DNA of 62,699 bases, filler included, from Sphacelaria rigidula (lineage: Eukaryota): NCBI GenBank assembly GCA_964200075.2. It is 11 parts of 11 records of this genome, joined end to end, with 100 filler letters (N's around TTAATTAATTAA, not from the genome) between each part and the next. Parts side by side here need not be neighbours in the genome. Positions count along the whole stretch, not along the records: positions 1 to 5,609 come from CAXNAA020025888.1; positions 5,710 to 11,318 come from CAXNAA020025889.1; positions 11,419 to 17,027 come from CAXNAA020025890.1; 8 more parts are not named here. One strand, given 5' to 3'. Under the pieces are notes generated by a model that searched no databases, was not told the DNA's origin, and saw only the letters and a program-made list of their open reading frames with translations. The translations under genes were made by a program, and so were the position numbers. Positions 1 through 12,419 of this stretch are shown here, in pieces (position 1 is the stretch's first letter; each line of letters starts with the position of its first letter).

Positions 1-168
1 CTTTTGTATCTTCCCTACAAGGGAGAAATGAGACTTCAATCTCATTTTATGTTTCAATCCCAAAATTTAGGATCGGCTGTTAACTCGCGATACATCGTCA
101 GTTAGAACGGGCTGAAGGAAAGTGAGCTTCTTAGGCGGCCCAGCCTGTATATCTTCCCAGTTTCCAAG

Positions 169-428
169 CGAGTGATGCTGCGATAGGGTCAGCACTTTCA
201 CGGCCTGAGAGTATAATTGTTAGGAACCCTTTAACTCATCCAAAACACGACTTTCGAAATAGGTGAGAGCACGCCAGGGTTTTTCTTCCAATTTGCTAGG
301 GATATCCCGAATGAATTTGCAAACGGGGATATCCTGACCCATATTCTTGTTTAGTTCCTAATTGTAGGGACCCCTGAATCAGGCCGGTTTTGGCCCCAAA
401 AATGCAGACCCTATCGCAGCATCACTCG
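169..428. mobile_element. MITE-like element with 26-bp terminal inverted repeats
   Basis: CGAGTGATGCTGCGATAGGGTCAGCA (169-194) is the reverse complement of 403-428 with one mismatch; non-coding interior. Confidence 0.7.
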
Positions 429-569
429 AGCGCACCCGAGGCCCGCGCCGTATTGGTCGACCAGCAAACCCCGAATAGTTGTAACTATTCGGGCAGAACA
501 ATGCTCCGACCGTCATTCTGTTGAACTTCAGTATGAAATGCTGAAGCTCACTTTTTTATCCAGGCTATC

Positions 570-1020
570 AGATGGTGATACTCATCTTTTGATATGTATT
601 GCGACGGACAATGGATTTTGAATGAGTCGATCAAAAGTCCATGGCGACGGCAATGAATTCAGATTATCAGCCATGGATGGGCATCGTTTATCGGAATAGA
701 TTTTGGGATGTATTTATCGATAACCACCGCCACACTTGATAGATTCGGTGAGACATTTATCGATTGTCATTGTCATCATCAAGAGATTTGCTGAGCCCTC
801 CATCGATAGCGACTGCCGTTATCAAGAGATTTGCTGAGCCGTCTATCGGTAGCCTTTGGTGTCATTAATAGAGTTGATGAGCAATCTATCAATGGCCTCT
901 GCCACCAACAAAGGATTTTGGGGTATCTCCCAATAATCATTGTCGTCAACAATTAATTGATGTTGTAGAGAGTATCTATCGATAGCCAGTGACGCCAACG
1001 ACAGGTTTTGATGCATGTAT
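570..1020. repeat. Degenerate ~43-bp tandem repeat
   Basis: AAGAGATTTGCTGAGCC..ATCGRTAGC recurs at 781 and 824, with more diverged units on either side; boundaries approximate. Confidence 0.55.
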
Positions 1021-1941
1021 GGCTCACTGAAGTGGTCTTATGGCATCAACGGCAGTATTCCTCACACATGGATACGCAACTACCTCAGGCGGTAATTGGC
1101 CATAGCGTTTGTGGAAAAGGTAAAAACATTTACCGGCAATGCGCATACGAAGCACATGGCTAGGTATCGTCGCCATTCAGCTCCCGTTGTGGTCGGCAAA
1201 CAGTGGATCCTGGAAAGTGGGGTCCATCTCGAAAATGAGGTTTGAGTGACATTTCCTTTTTGCAGGGGTGACGCGAAACACTCGAGACCAAGCGCAGCCG
1301 TCTCCCCCCCCAAATGTCCGCAGCAGCTACGCAGCTGTGACTAGGTGCACGTAACGAATGCGGTGTACACGCGTGTCGATGATGATATCACCAGAGAGAC
1401 AAGCAACGACAGAGAGAGAGCTCCTTGCCCGTGTCCTTTGTGTGTCCTCGCTCGGCGATCACAAAACTCTCGAGAGTCTGGCATCATCGATCTTACCAGC
1501 TTGTGCCCAATTTTCCATGTGCCGAAAACTACCTGAGGTGAGATTTTCTCTCGTCTTACAATTGCCTATCGAGCTCACCAATGCGAAGATCGATTTCTCT
1601 CTGCCTCTGCTTTTGGACAGGACGCGCCTCTGTGCGCTGAAAAGCATGTCATTGAAAAATAGGGCAATGTTCCCGTCAGCGCTACTACTGTTCTCTATCA
1701 CACACATACCAGGAAGGGCGGTGGTGCGGCCAAAACAAATAATTCAGTTTGACCTTTGGGGGGTGTTATTCATCGTTGATTTCACCCACATTTGACCCTC
1801 TGGGTGCCCGGCGAGAACCGCGTGCCACACATCAGTTGAGGGGGATGTACGAGACATCAAACACTTTTAGAGACCTTCTTGACATGCGGAGTGAAAAAAG
1901 ATGCGTATGGTGGTAACCTGACTGTTGCTAGTGTGGCGCAG

Positions 1942-2515
1942 AAAGTGGTGATTTTCAAGGTCCTGCCCACAGGCCAACTGATTTATTTATCCACGGAGCC
2001 AGGGTATTTACCCAACAAAATGCATACCATTCGAAAGCTACGGATCAGGGCTTTGAATCAACCTACGTTTAGCTTTCACAGACATGTTGGTGACGAGTTA
2101 TGTCGAATATATCGTTTCGCCAAAAACGCGGGGGAACTAGTAAATCTCGATTTGCCAGGCCCCCACCACCTCTGTGAAAAAAAAAAAAATGGGATCCCCG
2201 CAAAACACTGGTTCTAGATCACCTGGTTCTGAACCCGGTTATGGCTAGCTCCAGCTCGAAATTAATCGAGAAGCAAAAGAAAAATCCGGAGTACGAAAAT
2301 TTATGGGGGGAAAGTTGCTCTTGGGCCAATTTCGTGGGTTCGAGACCCGCCGCGAGCATTTGTTCATTCCTATTTTTTTCCTTGTGTTTTTGGCGACTCG
2401 CTACTCTTTTGCGCCTTGCTGTGGGCGTTCCGAAGCTGTTTTTTTTTTTTAATTCGATCTCAGTCAAACGTTTTGGAGGGACAACCAAAATCGGGTCCTT
2501 GAAAATTACCACTTT
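1942..2515. mobile_element. Possible old MITE / DNA-transposon remnant
   Basis: AAAGTGGTGATTTTCAAGGTCC (1942-1963) is inverted at 2494-2515 with 2 mismatches. Confidence 0.45.
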
Positions 2516-4009
2516 AGGAGGCCGTCCATGCTGCAATCTGGAGCACACGCTGGTCGCGTGAACACCTCGGCACAGGACGAGTAGATTCCCAGATTTATTC
2601 CGATGTAAGGAGATCATGCATTACAAGCTGGGACGAGAGTGCTGTACGATCTACCACTTGTCGTTGCATTTGAGATCCACGCGATCAACCGCCGACAGCA
2701 AAGGTCTTGGGGCTTTCACGCAACGCTGTCGGTAGTACGGCAGGCAAACCCGATCATAGCTAGCTTTCGTTGCTACGGTACTTACTCAGAAGTTCGCAAC
2801 GGGTATGAAAGCTGAAAAGTTCGATTTTTTCAACTACATCGACACAATATGAACGACTCCTAAGACCTGAGGGAGGACGGTTTCCCTGTCCCCCCCCCGC
2901 CAGGTATTAATGAGGGACGGTAGAGTTTTAACAACAGCGTACAACACAAATGGGGGTACGGAGAGTTTCTTCTCCACGAAAATACGCGTTTTTAAACCTG
3001 CAAAGCGTTTCGTGCGCATTTTTTTCTAATACGAACGATTACTTGTCGATTTCTGTTCCGTTCTCCACGGACTGCCTGATGACAATCCCAGAAACGTTTG
3101 GTATTGCTGTTCGACGGTATCGCGTGTTCAGCCGGACCCGACGCGGCCACCTTCCCTTACGTAAGTATATACATTTCTCTCCATGAGTCATGTGGCATTT
3201 GATACACGAAAGATCTGAGCGTAGCGGGATCATCTGCGGTTTGTGGATTGGGTACGAATGTGAGGTCACAGAGGTTGAGATTTTAGCCTGGGGAAACGGG
3301 GAAAGTCGGCCCGGCAATTAGCTTGAAATGTTTCTTTTCTTTTTCCCACCCACGTACCCTGGGGATGTTTGGGCGTACTGTATGGGTATGCCTCATGCTT
3401 ATGCGTGGGTTTGTTCGGTTCATATGGTGTATTCATGACCGGGGTAAATAATACATCAATACCGTAGTCGGACCGTTAGAGGTAGGCTTCGGGTATTGCG
3501 TATGGCACGATTTCAGAGGAAATCAGAAGAGGCGTGTAATAGGGGATGACGTAGCAGCGAGGAATACATACATTCATTTACAAATATGCATGTTGAGGTC
3601 TGGCTTGGATTTGCGTCGCGCCACAGTCGATATTTATCATAAGGATGACAAATACTCCACATTCATGAGAGGAGCAAACGGTACAAGACTAGAAACACAA
3701 CACATGTAAAAAATGTCGCCGAGAAATATATGCGACATACGACATAGGCCAAAGAGATGTGCGGCAGGGTCGAATTTTTCAACATGACGGACCTGAAGAA
3801 ATTTAGAGTCCGGAAACAACTTGGGGGACCGAAAACAAATAGGCGCGGAAAAACAAAAAATGACGCAGAAAAGGGAACATAATGCAAGAAGGAAAAACTA
3901 AAGAGCGCAGAAAACGAGCAAAAAAAAAAGATGGAGTTATTGTCTATGGGAGGCTCAAAAATTGACCTCTCCGGAGTAATTTTGGGGGTAGCCGAGTGGC
4001 CGCGTGTGG

Positions 4010-4271
4010 ATGCAGGTAGATGGGTTTAGCTTGATTTACCAAGCATTACAGAGCATTGTGGTATTTGTTTGGTCTTGTTCTTGTCGTGGAAGTGTGATGT
4101 GCAGTGATTGCCGAAGCCCAAAAACACAACTTGGCCTTACTTAGCTTTGCAGTCGTCCGAAGAATTGAAGCTTCATTACCACATTTTTCTTTAAGTAACT
4201 TTTTACACACATATATATATATATATATATATATCATACTTTTTATTCATGTATGGAATTCAGTAACCCCC
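4010..4271. repeat. Dispersed repeat, second copy at ~16700-16940
   Basis: Shared TTTAGCTTGATT..AAGCATT.CAGAGCATTGTGGTAT..GGAAGTGTGATGTGCA; both copies end at AGTAACCCC. Confidence 0.7.
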
Positions 4272-4584
4272 TCCGCAAAATCCCAGGACTCAAGAAATGG
4301 GCATAGGGTCTGGGGTTTTCTTTGGGCACCCTCGGGTCAGCACAGCATTGGCTGTACCATACCCCGCGGGACCATACGCACGCACACAACGCTTCATTAC
4401 ACCTGCAGTACTTCAATCCATGTACGACTGCGATTGTTCGTGTAGTCTTCCTTCATCAACCCCGTGAAGGCTGTTCGAAGTTTTTGTGACCTGCCATCTA
4501 TATTTTGCCACTGTTGTAGTGACGCAGGTCCCACCACAGGGGTGATGATAATAACAAGGTCTTGTTCTGTCGAGTACTTTAAAC

Positions 4585-5085
4585 ACCCGGGGTTTCCCGG
4601 GTATTTACCGTATCCGACAGTTGTGTGAACTTTGTAAGATTTCCATACCGGTACCCGACAGTTCTGTAATAGCTGTAAGATCCCCATACCCTTGCCCGAT
4701 AGTTATGTGAGTTCTGTAAGCCTCCCGTACCGTTACCGGGGGGCACGGGTATCCTTTTGATAAGATACCCGGGTGCGGGTACGGTTTCCTGTGCAAATTC
4801 CATACCCTAACCGGCAGTTTCTGAGAGTTCTGTAGGCCTCCCATACCCTTACCCGACACGTTTGTGAGTGTTGCACAAAACCTTTACCCTAACCCGAGGG
4901 GCGGGTATGCCCTAGAAGAGTTACCCGATGGCTGGTACAAGTTTTCTATAAGCATCCTGTACCGTACCCGACAAGTTCTGTAATTCATGTAAGACTTTCG
5001 TACCGGTATCCGACAGTTCTGTAACTTCTGTAAAACTGCCATACCGGTATCCGACAGTTCTGCAAGTTCTGTAAGGAACCTCACA
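4585..5085. repeat. Dispersed ~500-bp element built from ~41-bp subrepeats (CCATACCGGTACCCGACAGTTCTGTGAGTTCTGTAAG)
   Basis: Many CCGACAGTTCTG units; collinear homolog at ~38628-39140. Confidence 0.8.
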
Positions 5086-5609
5086 CCCTACAGAACGTAA
5101 CCATACCTTACAGAACACAACCTTGGAATCATACGCCTCCAGAGGGTACGCGACCCTCCAGAGGGGTGGGATCAAACGCTTCCAGAGGCTTGTGTTGCGT
5201 CTGGAGGGCCGCGCCTCCTGCCACACATCCTCCGGAGGAATTTGGATGGTGCGCGGCCCTCCATAACACCATCGTTTTTGTTACCCTCGAGGGATTCAGA
5301 CCTCGAAGTCACTGGAGCATCAGATGCCCTCCACAGGATTCGTTCATGATCGCACCTGAGGATGAAATACTCTGTGGAGGGTACTTCACCCTCGAGAGGA
5401 CGAAAATCGCGATAGGTTATTTTATCGAGGTAGCCGGATGGCCGCGTGTTTGTGATCATGATGATGATGAAGGTGGGCGTTCTTCGTCGTTCCGCTATGA
5501 ACTATAAAGGGGCACAACGGTTTCCAGAGTGAAGAGGTAACAGTGTTTTCGTGAGATTGAGAGTGGATGATACGATTGAGAGTGGCTTTGATCATTCGCT
5601 TTAAGTGAG

Positions 5610-5709
5610 NNNNNNNNNNNNNNNNNNNNNNNNNNNNNNNNNNNNNNNNNNNNTTAATTAATTAANNNNNNNNNNNNNNNNNNNNNNNNNNNNNNNNNNN
5701 NNNNNNNNN
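5610..5709. other. Artificial contig spacer (N-run, TTAATTAATTAA, N-run); repeats every 5,709 bp at 11319, 17028, 22737, 28446, 34155, 39864, 45573, 51282, 56991
   Basis: Ten identical 100-bp spacers with an all-frame stop linker; 11x5609 + 10x100 = 62699. Confidence 0.98.
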
Positions 5710-5950
5710 ACCCTTGGACCGCGGTGCCCGTAGTCCATCTGGATCACGCGTGTACTTTTTCCAAGTGAATATTGATGCCGATTCAGCAGGTGACCTACTC
5801 TCGCGGTCTGACGGTCAAGTCCTCCTGGGGAGTTTGGGGGGGGGAGATACTTTCGCTCTGTGTTACTCTTCCGTATCTTCCCTGCAAGAGAGAAATGCGA
5901 CCCCAGCCCCATTTTAGTGTTGAGCCCCAACATTTAAAATCGGCTGTTAG
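5710..5950 (+). mobile_element. Short copy of a TTAA-bounded non-autonomous element
   Basis: Left end (TTA)ACCCTT.GACCGCGG..TAGTCCATCT also at 8909, 40290-40398 (rc) and 46921-47022 (rc). Right end ..CATTTT..GATCGGCTGTTA also at 1-84, 1198-1280 (rc) and 22880-22944. Confidence 0.7.
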
Positions 5951-6589
5951 CTCTTCTTCTGACTGGCGTCACAATAGCGATATTTGGCTGAAAGTTTACC
6001 AGAATGTCGTTGACGCGAGTGCTCTTATATGTGTTGGAGCATTGTCGTCGTTTTTATCATCTCTTGGAAGTTTTTTTTTCTGTTTTTGCTGAAACTTCAA
6101 CTCGCTCTGGCTTCCTGTCTTTTTTTCATTTCCTCTGCACCCCCAATAGGGTTGCGCGGGTTGATGATAAAAATATCATGTCAAAATTTCAGCGCCCAAC
6201 TCTTCGAATTACCAATGGCATCTCCACTCTTCGTTCAAAAACCGTTGTCAGCTGGTCCAGCTCGTACGAGTGTGCATCGTGACAGCTGTAGGATTATTCT
6301 TCATGTTTGTGTATGGTCATCGCACCTATTATTCTGGACGCCAGTCGACACTTTTCGGAACACAGTGGGCCCCTGCTGACAAGACAGGTAAATTATGGAT
6401 CGAGCCTCGATTTCAAAATTCGTCGCCACCGTCGAGCGTAAGATATTGTATAAGGTTTAGTGCTGAATCCACCATCGACCTGTATGTTTCTTTGCCCAAT
6501 TTTCTCATCTTTCGCGGAAATTTGAGCATTTTTTCATTTTGGGATTTTTTGTTGTCAACGGACGCCCACTGTACATATTATTATGGTGG

Positions 6590-6954
6590 ATATGGATGTG
6601 TATGTGTGGGCGCATAGACTGGGGTCACACAGGAGAAAGGTCAACACAGTAGTAGTTAATTTTTCTTTCGCGTGTTACTAATAATAGTTCTGCACCTTCC
6701 TTGTGCAATACTTGCCTTTTACTTTCACCACGAGAATGAGGGTCCGGCGGTCCTTACTTTCCCCCGTCGACCGTGACGTCGAATTTTGAACCGAGCTTTG
6801 TGTACGCACGACATGGTCGCTCTCCAAGTAGTGCTGCTGTTGCTGGGCATGGCTGAGAAAAACGCCCAGATCGTTTGACTTCACCGACATTCGAATCCAC
6901 GTCCGAATCGTCAGAACGTGTTGCGATTAGCAACTGAGCCACCGGTGCGACCGG
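6590..6954 (-). mobile_element. tRNA-derived SINE copy
   Basis: On the minus strand, an A-box (GGTGGCTCAGTTGCTA) and a B-box-like GGATTCGAAT, then a body homologous to 58510-58877. Confidence 0.75.
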
Positions 6955-7732
6955 CTCTGTGTAGTAGGTATCTATGTATATTGGACGCGTGTGCATCAAG
7001 AAGTGTTTAGATGCCCCCGGGATAAAACCTATGTGTTCCTTGGATGCCGTTAAAGCCGGAGAAATGAAGGTAGTAGTGTAGTGCAAGATGGCGTATCATG
7101 GGGTCGCACCGATCCGGCGGGAGGCCAATTTCCCATCTAAGAGATGTTTTCGAAAATGAGGTTGAACATTAAATAATCTCTCCTCTTCTCACGCCGTTTC
7201 TTCCGGTACGTCCCCCCCCCCCGGCCCCCCCGCCCCCCCCTCGTTTTTTGCAAATAACAAATAACGAGGGAAGAATACAAGATGGCTACGTCATGAGTAT
7301 AATATAACGATACTGTTAAGTCGAAGTGAAAGGATCGTGGGTATGCAGCGATTAGGCAAATGTCACAACTTAAAAAAATATACTCTCGATAGATATTTGA
7401 TATTTGAAACTGTCACATCGGCAACAGCACGGCAACAGCACAGTCTGAAGTACATACTCCGCGGCCAGCTCAGTATCTACGCTATATTTGAAGCACTTAG
7501 CCGCAGCACGGCTTTTGTCAATCCCGCATCGAAGGCGAAAAACGCACCGTAAATATCAGTAACAGTATATGTGTATCACGGGCGAGCCGTAGCGCCTCGG
7601 CTAGCGTTTTTGGGCTGGACTATCAACATGTCTCAACAGCCGCCGGAGGTCATGTCGAGGGATGGGTTCGGCGGGAGCTCACGTCCTAATGGGTGAGAGC
7701 ACCTCTCCAACTTGAGCACTCGTAGAAGTTCC

Positions 7733-7781
7733 GTAGTGTAGTGTAGTGTAGTGTAGTGGAGTGTAGTGGAGTGTAGTGGAG
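7733..7781. repeat. (GTGTA/GTGGA)n microsatellite
   Basis: Direct reading of pentamer repeats. Confidence 0.9.
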
Positions 7782-8347
7782 CCTTAACTGTAGGTCCCAG
7801 TCGACGTCCCTATTATCCACAGTCCTTCCGGAGCTGCTGTTGACGTTCGCTCTCGGCCCGGTCTACAGTATCTGGTCTCTGTCATACGAAACAACAACAG
7901 GGTTCGAGGCCTGGCTCCAGTTATCGTTGCATCCGCCTTACTCGTTATCTTGTAGTTAGAGGGTGCAAGTTGCTACCCTGCAAAAACTGCGCAACTGTTA
8001 CGTGGTGTTGCTCTATGCCGTAGGCTTCCCTCTTGACCGTTTGTGAGCATCGCCTCAGCAGTTTCCCCAAAGGACAGTCCCCGGACATCCAGCTAGTTCC
8101 CGGGGGGGGGGGGGGGGGGGGTGGTTTTCGACGGAAAGGGGGGCCTGTTCGTAGAATAGCCGCGGGGTGATCATTTTAAGAGCTGTGATTGATCGTAATG
8201 ATCAACCCAGATGAACTGAGATGAACTACCTCGCATTCTAGCTTTACTTGACCATTTTGCTCATGGTCATTCCGGGCGTTTTTATGATCGAATAAATGCG
8301 GCGGAAAAGAAAATTTCATCAAGAAAAAAACCGATTTGGTGAGGATA

Positions 8348-8575
8348 TGTGTGTGTGTGTGTGTGTGTGTGTGTAGTCGTCCCCTTTATTCTGAATGCCT
8401 GTCTACGGTACACCCCTTGGCGTATGTAGGCGCACCAGCCGGGTCACACAGGAGGAAGTCCAACACAGGACTTTTTTTTCCCCTTTTTCGTTCATTTTCA
8501 GTTCACCACCATCCTTCTGCGGTGGTTGCCTTTATCTTCCATCGCGCAAGCATCGCGAGAGGAGTTCAGGCCGTG
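8348..8575 (-). mobile_element. 3' part of tRNA-derived SINE with (CA)n tail
   Basis: GCCGGGTCACACAGGAGGAAG.TCAACACAGGA matches the SINE body; the (GT)n run at 8348-8374 is the tail. Confidence 0.75.
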
Positions 8576-8908
8576 TCTCATGAGTTTTTTTCCGGCTCGA
8601 ACGAGTTCGTGCGGCGGAATTGATTCAGTCCATTTTGCTGTATTTGCGTCCGAGCAAATTTGCACGCTTTGGATTGAAACGGCTGAACGAAATTCGTGAA
8701 GCGGTATTTGTTTACTTGTATTCAATACTGTACAGACAGCAGTACCTGCCTGTCCATAGTGTGTTTCGTACAGCATGCAGGCGCGATTTGGAAACAAGCG
8801 GGCAACGTGACATACAGATTATAGCCAGCAGAGCTGTCTGTACTCTTCACACAGGAGGGTATAAAGCATATTTCACACGGCGGACAACTCAATTCAGGTT
8901 GACACGAC

Positions 8909-9520
8909 TTAACCCTTAGTAGACCGCGGTGGGGGTAGTCCATCTAGATCATGCATCCTTTTTTCAAGTGAAAATTAATGCCGAATCAGTAGGTGACCTA
9001 CCCTGGCGGTAAAACGGTGAACTCTTTTTCGCATAACTCACGAGTGAGTTATAGCAGCATCACTCAGCGGTGCCAATTTTGGCCGGGTGAGTTATACAGC
9101 ATAACTCAGCAATGCAAAATCTGGCCACGTGAGTTATAAACTGTGACTCAGCAATGCACATTCCGGCCGGGTGATTTATAAACTGTACCTTAGCAATACA
9201 AAATCTGGCCAGGTGAGTTATAAAGTATAACTCCGCGATACACATTCTGGCCGGGTGAGTTGGTAACTACTACTCATCGATGCATATCTTGGTCAGGTGA
9301 GGTATGAACTAAAACCCAGCGGTGCATATTTTGGCCTGGTGAGATGTAAAACATAACTCATCGATGCATATTTTGGTCAGTCAGGTATCAAGTGCAAGTA
9401 CAAGTATTCCTCAGCGGTGCACGTTCTGGCCGGGTGAGCTAGAGAAGATAGCTCATCGATGCATATCTTGGCCAGGTGAGTTAAAGAAGATAAAACAGCG
9501 GTGCACATTCTGGCCGGGTA
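8909..9520 (+). mobile_element. TTAA-CCCTT element end followed by ~11 degenerate 41-42 bp tandem units
   Basis: TTAACCCTTAG at 8909; units of ATAACTCAGC.ATGCA.ATT.TGGCC.GGTGAGTTAT over 9032-9520. Confidence 0.75.
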
Positions 9521-9988
9521 AAATGTAGATAACAATCAAAGAATAAAAAGAAGCGATCTAGAGCTCAGCTATATGTTCTGAGTTCTAAAACAACTAATTA
9601 TGTACACAGATATGTACTTCTTTCTTTCGAGTTCTGAGTTCTGCAAAAGCTCACCTTTACCCCCGAACTCATGTAGCATAGCCATGCCACTTACTTTTGT
9701 GTCCGGAGTTCGGAGATCATTAATCTTGACCCCTTACCTCATAAGGCGGCCACGTCACTCGCTTTTGTGCTCTGAGTTCTGAGTTTTTTTGGATAGCTCG
9801 TCTTTACCCCTCAGTTTGTGTGACGCCACCCTTCCACATATACATCCACACACACACCCACACGCCTGGCGCGTGCACGACGATCATAGAGAGTTGCCTT
9901 GCATACGACACACGATACGATCGTCTACTATGGTATCCACCACGGACTCCAGCGGTGCTGCGGCACGTGTACCCCCCCCCCCCCCCCA

Positions 9989-10078
9989 TGCTCCGTCTCG
10001 AAAGGGATGCGTGGTAAATGGTCGAACGACTACGGCAAGCAACAAATGAGTACACCCTCCCCCCCTCCCCACCCCCTC
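9989..10078 (+). mobile_element. 5'-truncated LINE 3'-end copy flanked by C-runs (similar copies at 30274, 45673 rc, 58985, 59525)
   Basis: TGCTCCGTCTCGAAAGGGATGCGTGGT.AATGGTC..GACTA.GGCAAGCAACAAATGAGTAC matches the LINE terminus at 22634-22700. Confidence 0.85.
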
Positions 10079-10119
10079 AGAAGGCAAACCGTAAGAAACG
10101 GTTTTATTTTGGTATTTTA

Positions 10120-10941
10120 CAGGGCTCTATACGGTACACGTCACTCGTATGTTACACGTCACAAACGTCACGTCACAAGGATGTGACGTCACGTGACGTA
10201 TGTATTTTGAAGACGTCACAAATGTTGCGTGGCGTGACGTTTTTTCATAAACGTCACATCAAAGTATTTTGGAACGTTCATTGTAACGTGTAACGTATTT
10301 TATATGCCACTCTCCGTTTGCTTGTACGTTACACGTACTTGATGTCTGAATGAACGTCACAAGCGTTTATTGTGACGTCTGAATGTAAGTCACAAACGTC
10401 ACACGCTTAACATGTATCACAATGTGACGTGACGTATTGGAAAAAATTGTGACGTGACATGACGTATCATTTTTCAAGACATCACAAATGTGACGTGACG
10501 TTAATTTTTTTCGAAACGTCACATCAACGTATGTTGAAACGTTTGTTGTAACGTGTGACGTATAAAATACGTCACACGTTTTTGACGTCTGAATGAACGT
10601 CACAAACGTCACCGTGAACCTCCCGTACCAAGTTACGCTACATGAAACGTTACAATGTCGTACGTAGCGTTCATTTGCCCTTAACACATTTGCCCTCAAC
10701 ACGGTCGAAGTGTAACGCTTTTTTTACTTCACACGTCACATATGTAACATATACCATACGTTACAAGTTGCAATAAAGGTTCTAAATACATCACTACGAC
10801 GTGACGTGACGTGACGTATAAATTTTCAAGACTTCACAAGTGTGACGTGACGTCACGTACCCGTAAAAAATGTGACGTGATGTGACGTATTATTTTCAAG
10901 ACGTCACATTTGTGACGTAACGTGTAACGTGAAGAGCCCTG
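10120..10941. mobile_element. hAT-like MITE densely packed with TGACGT/ACGTCA motifs
   Basis: TIR CAGGGCTCT...AGAGCCCTG; the 8-bp flanks GTATTTTA and GCATTGTA match 6/8 (degenerate TSD); about 30 or more TGACGT/ACGTCA by eye. Confidence 0.75.
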
Positions 10942-12419
10942 GCATTGTATACTCGTATAATGCATATGTTTTCATATTACACCTGCGGCAGTATTGATAT
11001 ATGCGTATATACTCCGAGGCTTCTCACGCTACAGTACATGTACCAGCAGACGTGTCATGTGATCACGCGTTTTTTCTTACATGAATGACTAGTCAGGGGG
11101 CGTTCGGAGTGGACAACTTGCACTGCAAGGGGATATCAGGAAGCGTAGGAGTCTCAATGTACAGCGTGTCACTGGATGTGTGACGCGGTTCTCCTGTAGG
11201 GATAGAGATGGGGGAAACCGCTGATGACGAAGGGGTCATGACGGTGGTGGCACGCCGACAACAACGGAACAACATCAGACTTCACAGTGTGTCAAACCCG
11301 AAAGACAGCACGAAATCTNNNNNNNNNNNNNNNNNNNNNNNNNNNNNNNNNNNNNNNNNNNNTTAATTAATTAANNNNNNNNNNNNNNNNNNNNNNNNNN
11401 NNNNNNNNNNNNNNNNNNGTAAGCACACGCAAGTGATGGAGGTAAATAAAAGCACAGGTGGAACAAAAAAATGACTCACTTGAAACGAATGATCAAAAGC
11501 CACTCTCAATCGTATCATCTACTCCCAATTTCACGAAAACACTGTTTAGTGCAAGCCACATACTTCTGTACCCGCGGTCGAAAACCATATATGGTTTGCA
11601 CAGCTCATGTACCCGGAACAATAGACAAAGGTTCAGCAGGACTTCATGGGATGCAGTAACCTTTGAGTTGACGTTCGAAATATGTCAGCTATTGTGATTT
11701 GAGTAGTCCGATACTTGGATCATGTCTATTCATGTCCTTCTTTGTGGAGAGGGCGCGCCGGGGGGGGGGGGGGGGAAAGAAGGGGGGGGGGGGGGGGATA
11801 TTCGGGGCTTTGTTGCACGAAAATGCCACGCCATAATATCGTCGTTCAAAGCAGCAACTTTTGCTCGTAAGCACTAGGTAGCAATAAGACACAGTGTTTC
11901 ATACTCCTTGACACCGTGTTCACCCGAACAAGGCGCACCGCGAGCCTTGTAAGTCGTCTGACACAAGTAAATACCTGCGGGCCCCTGAATTTCGGGCAAG
12001 TTATCATCCCCCTGTTCGTAGGATTGCCTGTGGTGGTCAGTAAGATACACCTTGTCGGGATAAGGTACAATAGTCTAGTGATATACCTGTTTTGAGTTCC
12101 GGGTACTACGCAGGATGACTTTATATCGTGATGTTGGCGACTAGACATACGTGAGTGGTGCTTGTCACATCTTGAGACTTTGGCGCCTACTGAGCCCACT
12201 CCCTTTCCTTCCCTCTTCATCAACAAAGTTTTATGTACATTTCTACCTCATCTTGATCGGCAGTCAGTCGTGTCCATTGATCGACTATCGCAGTCGTGTC
12301 CATTGATCGACTATCTGAGTCGAGCCTGTGCCCCATCCTCTCACGGGATCACGAAGCTACAAACACTCAAACACTCTAGAGCCCCTACCCAACTTGGGAG
12401 CTTTGTGGCCAAGGGACCG

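Noticed and set aside
9032..9520. CRISPR-like array or 14-aa repeat protein (ORF 9060-9245)
   Set aside because: Units are contiguous degenerate tandem repeats without unique spacers, there are no cas genes and the context is eukaryotic; the peptide periodicity just mirrors the DNA repeat.
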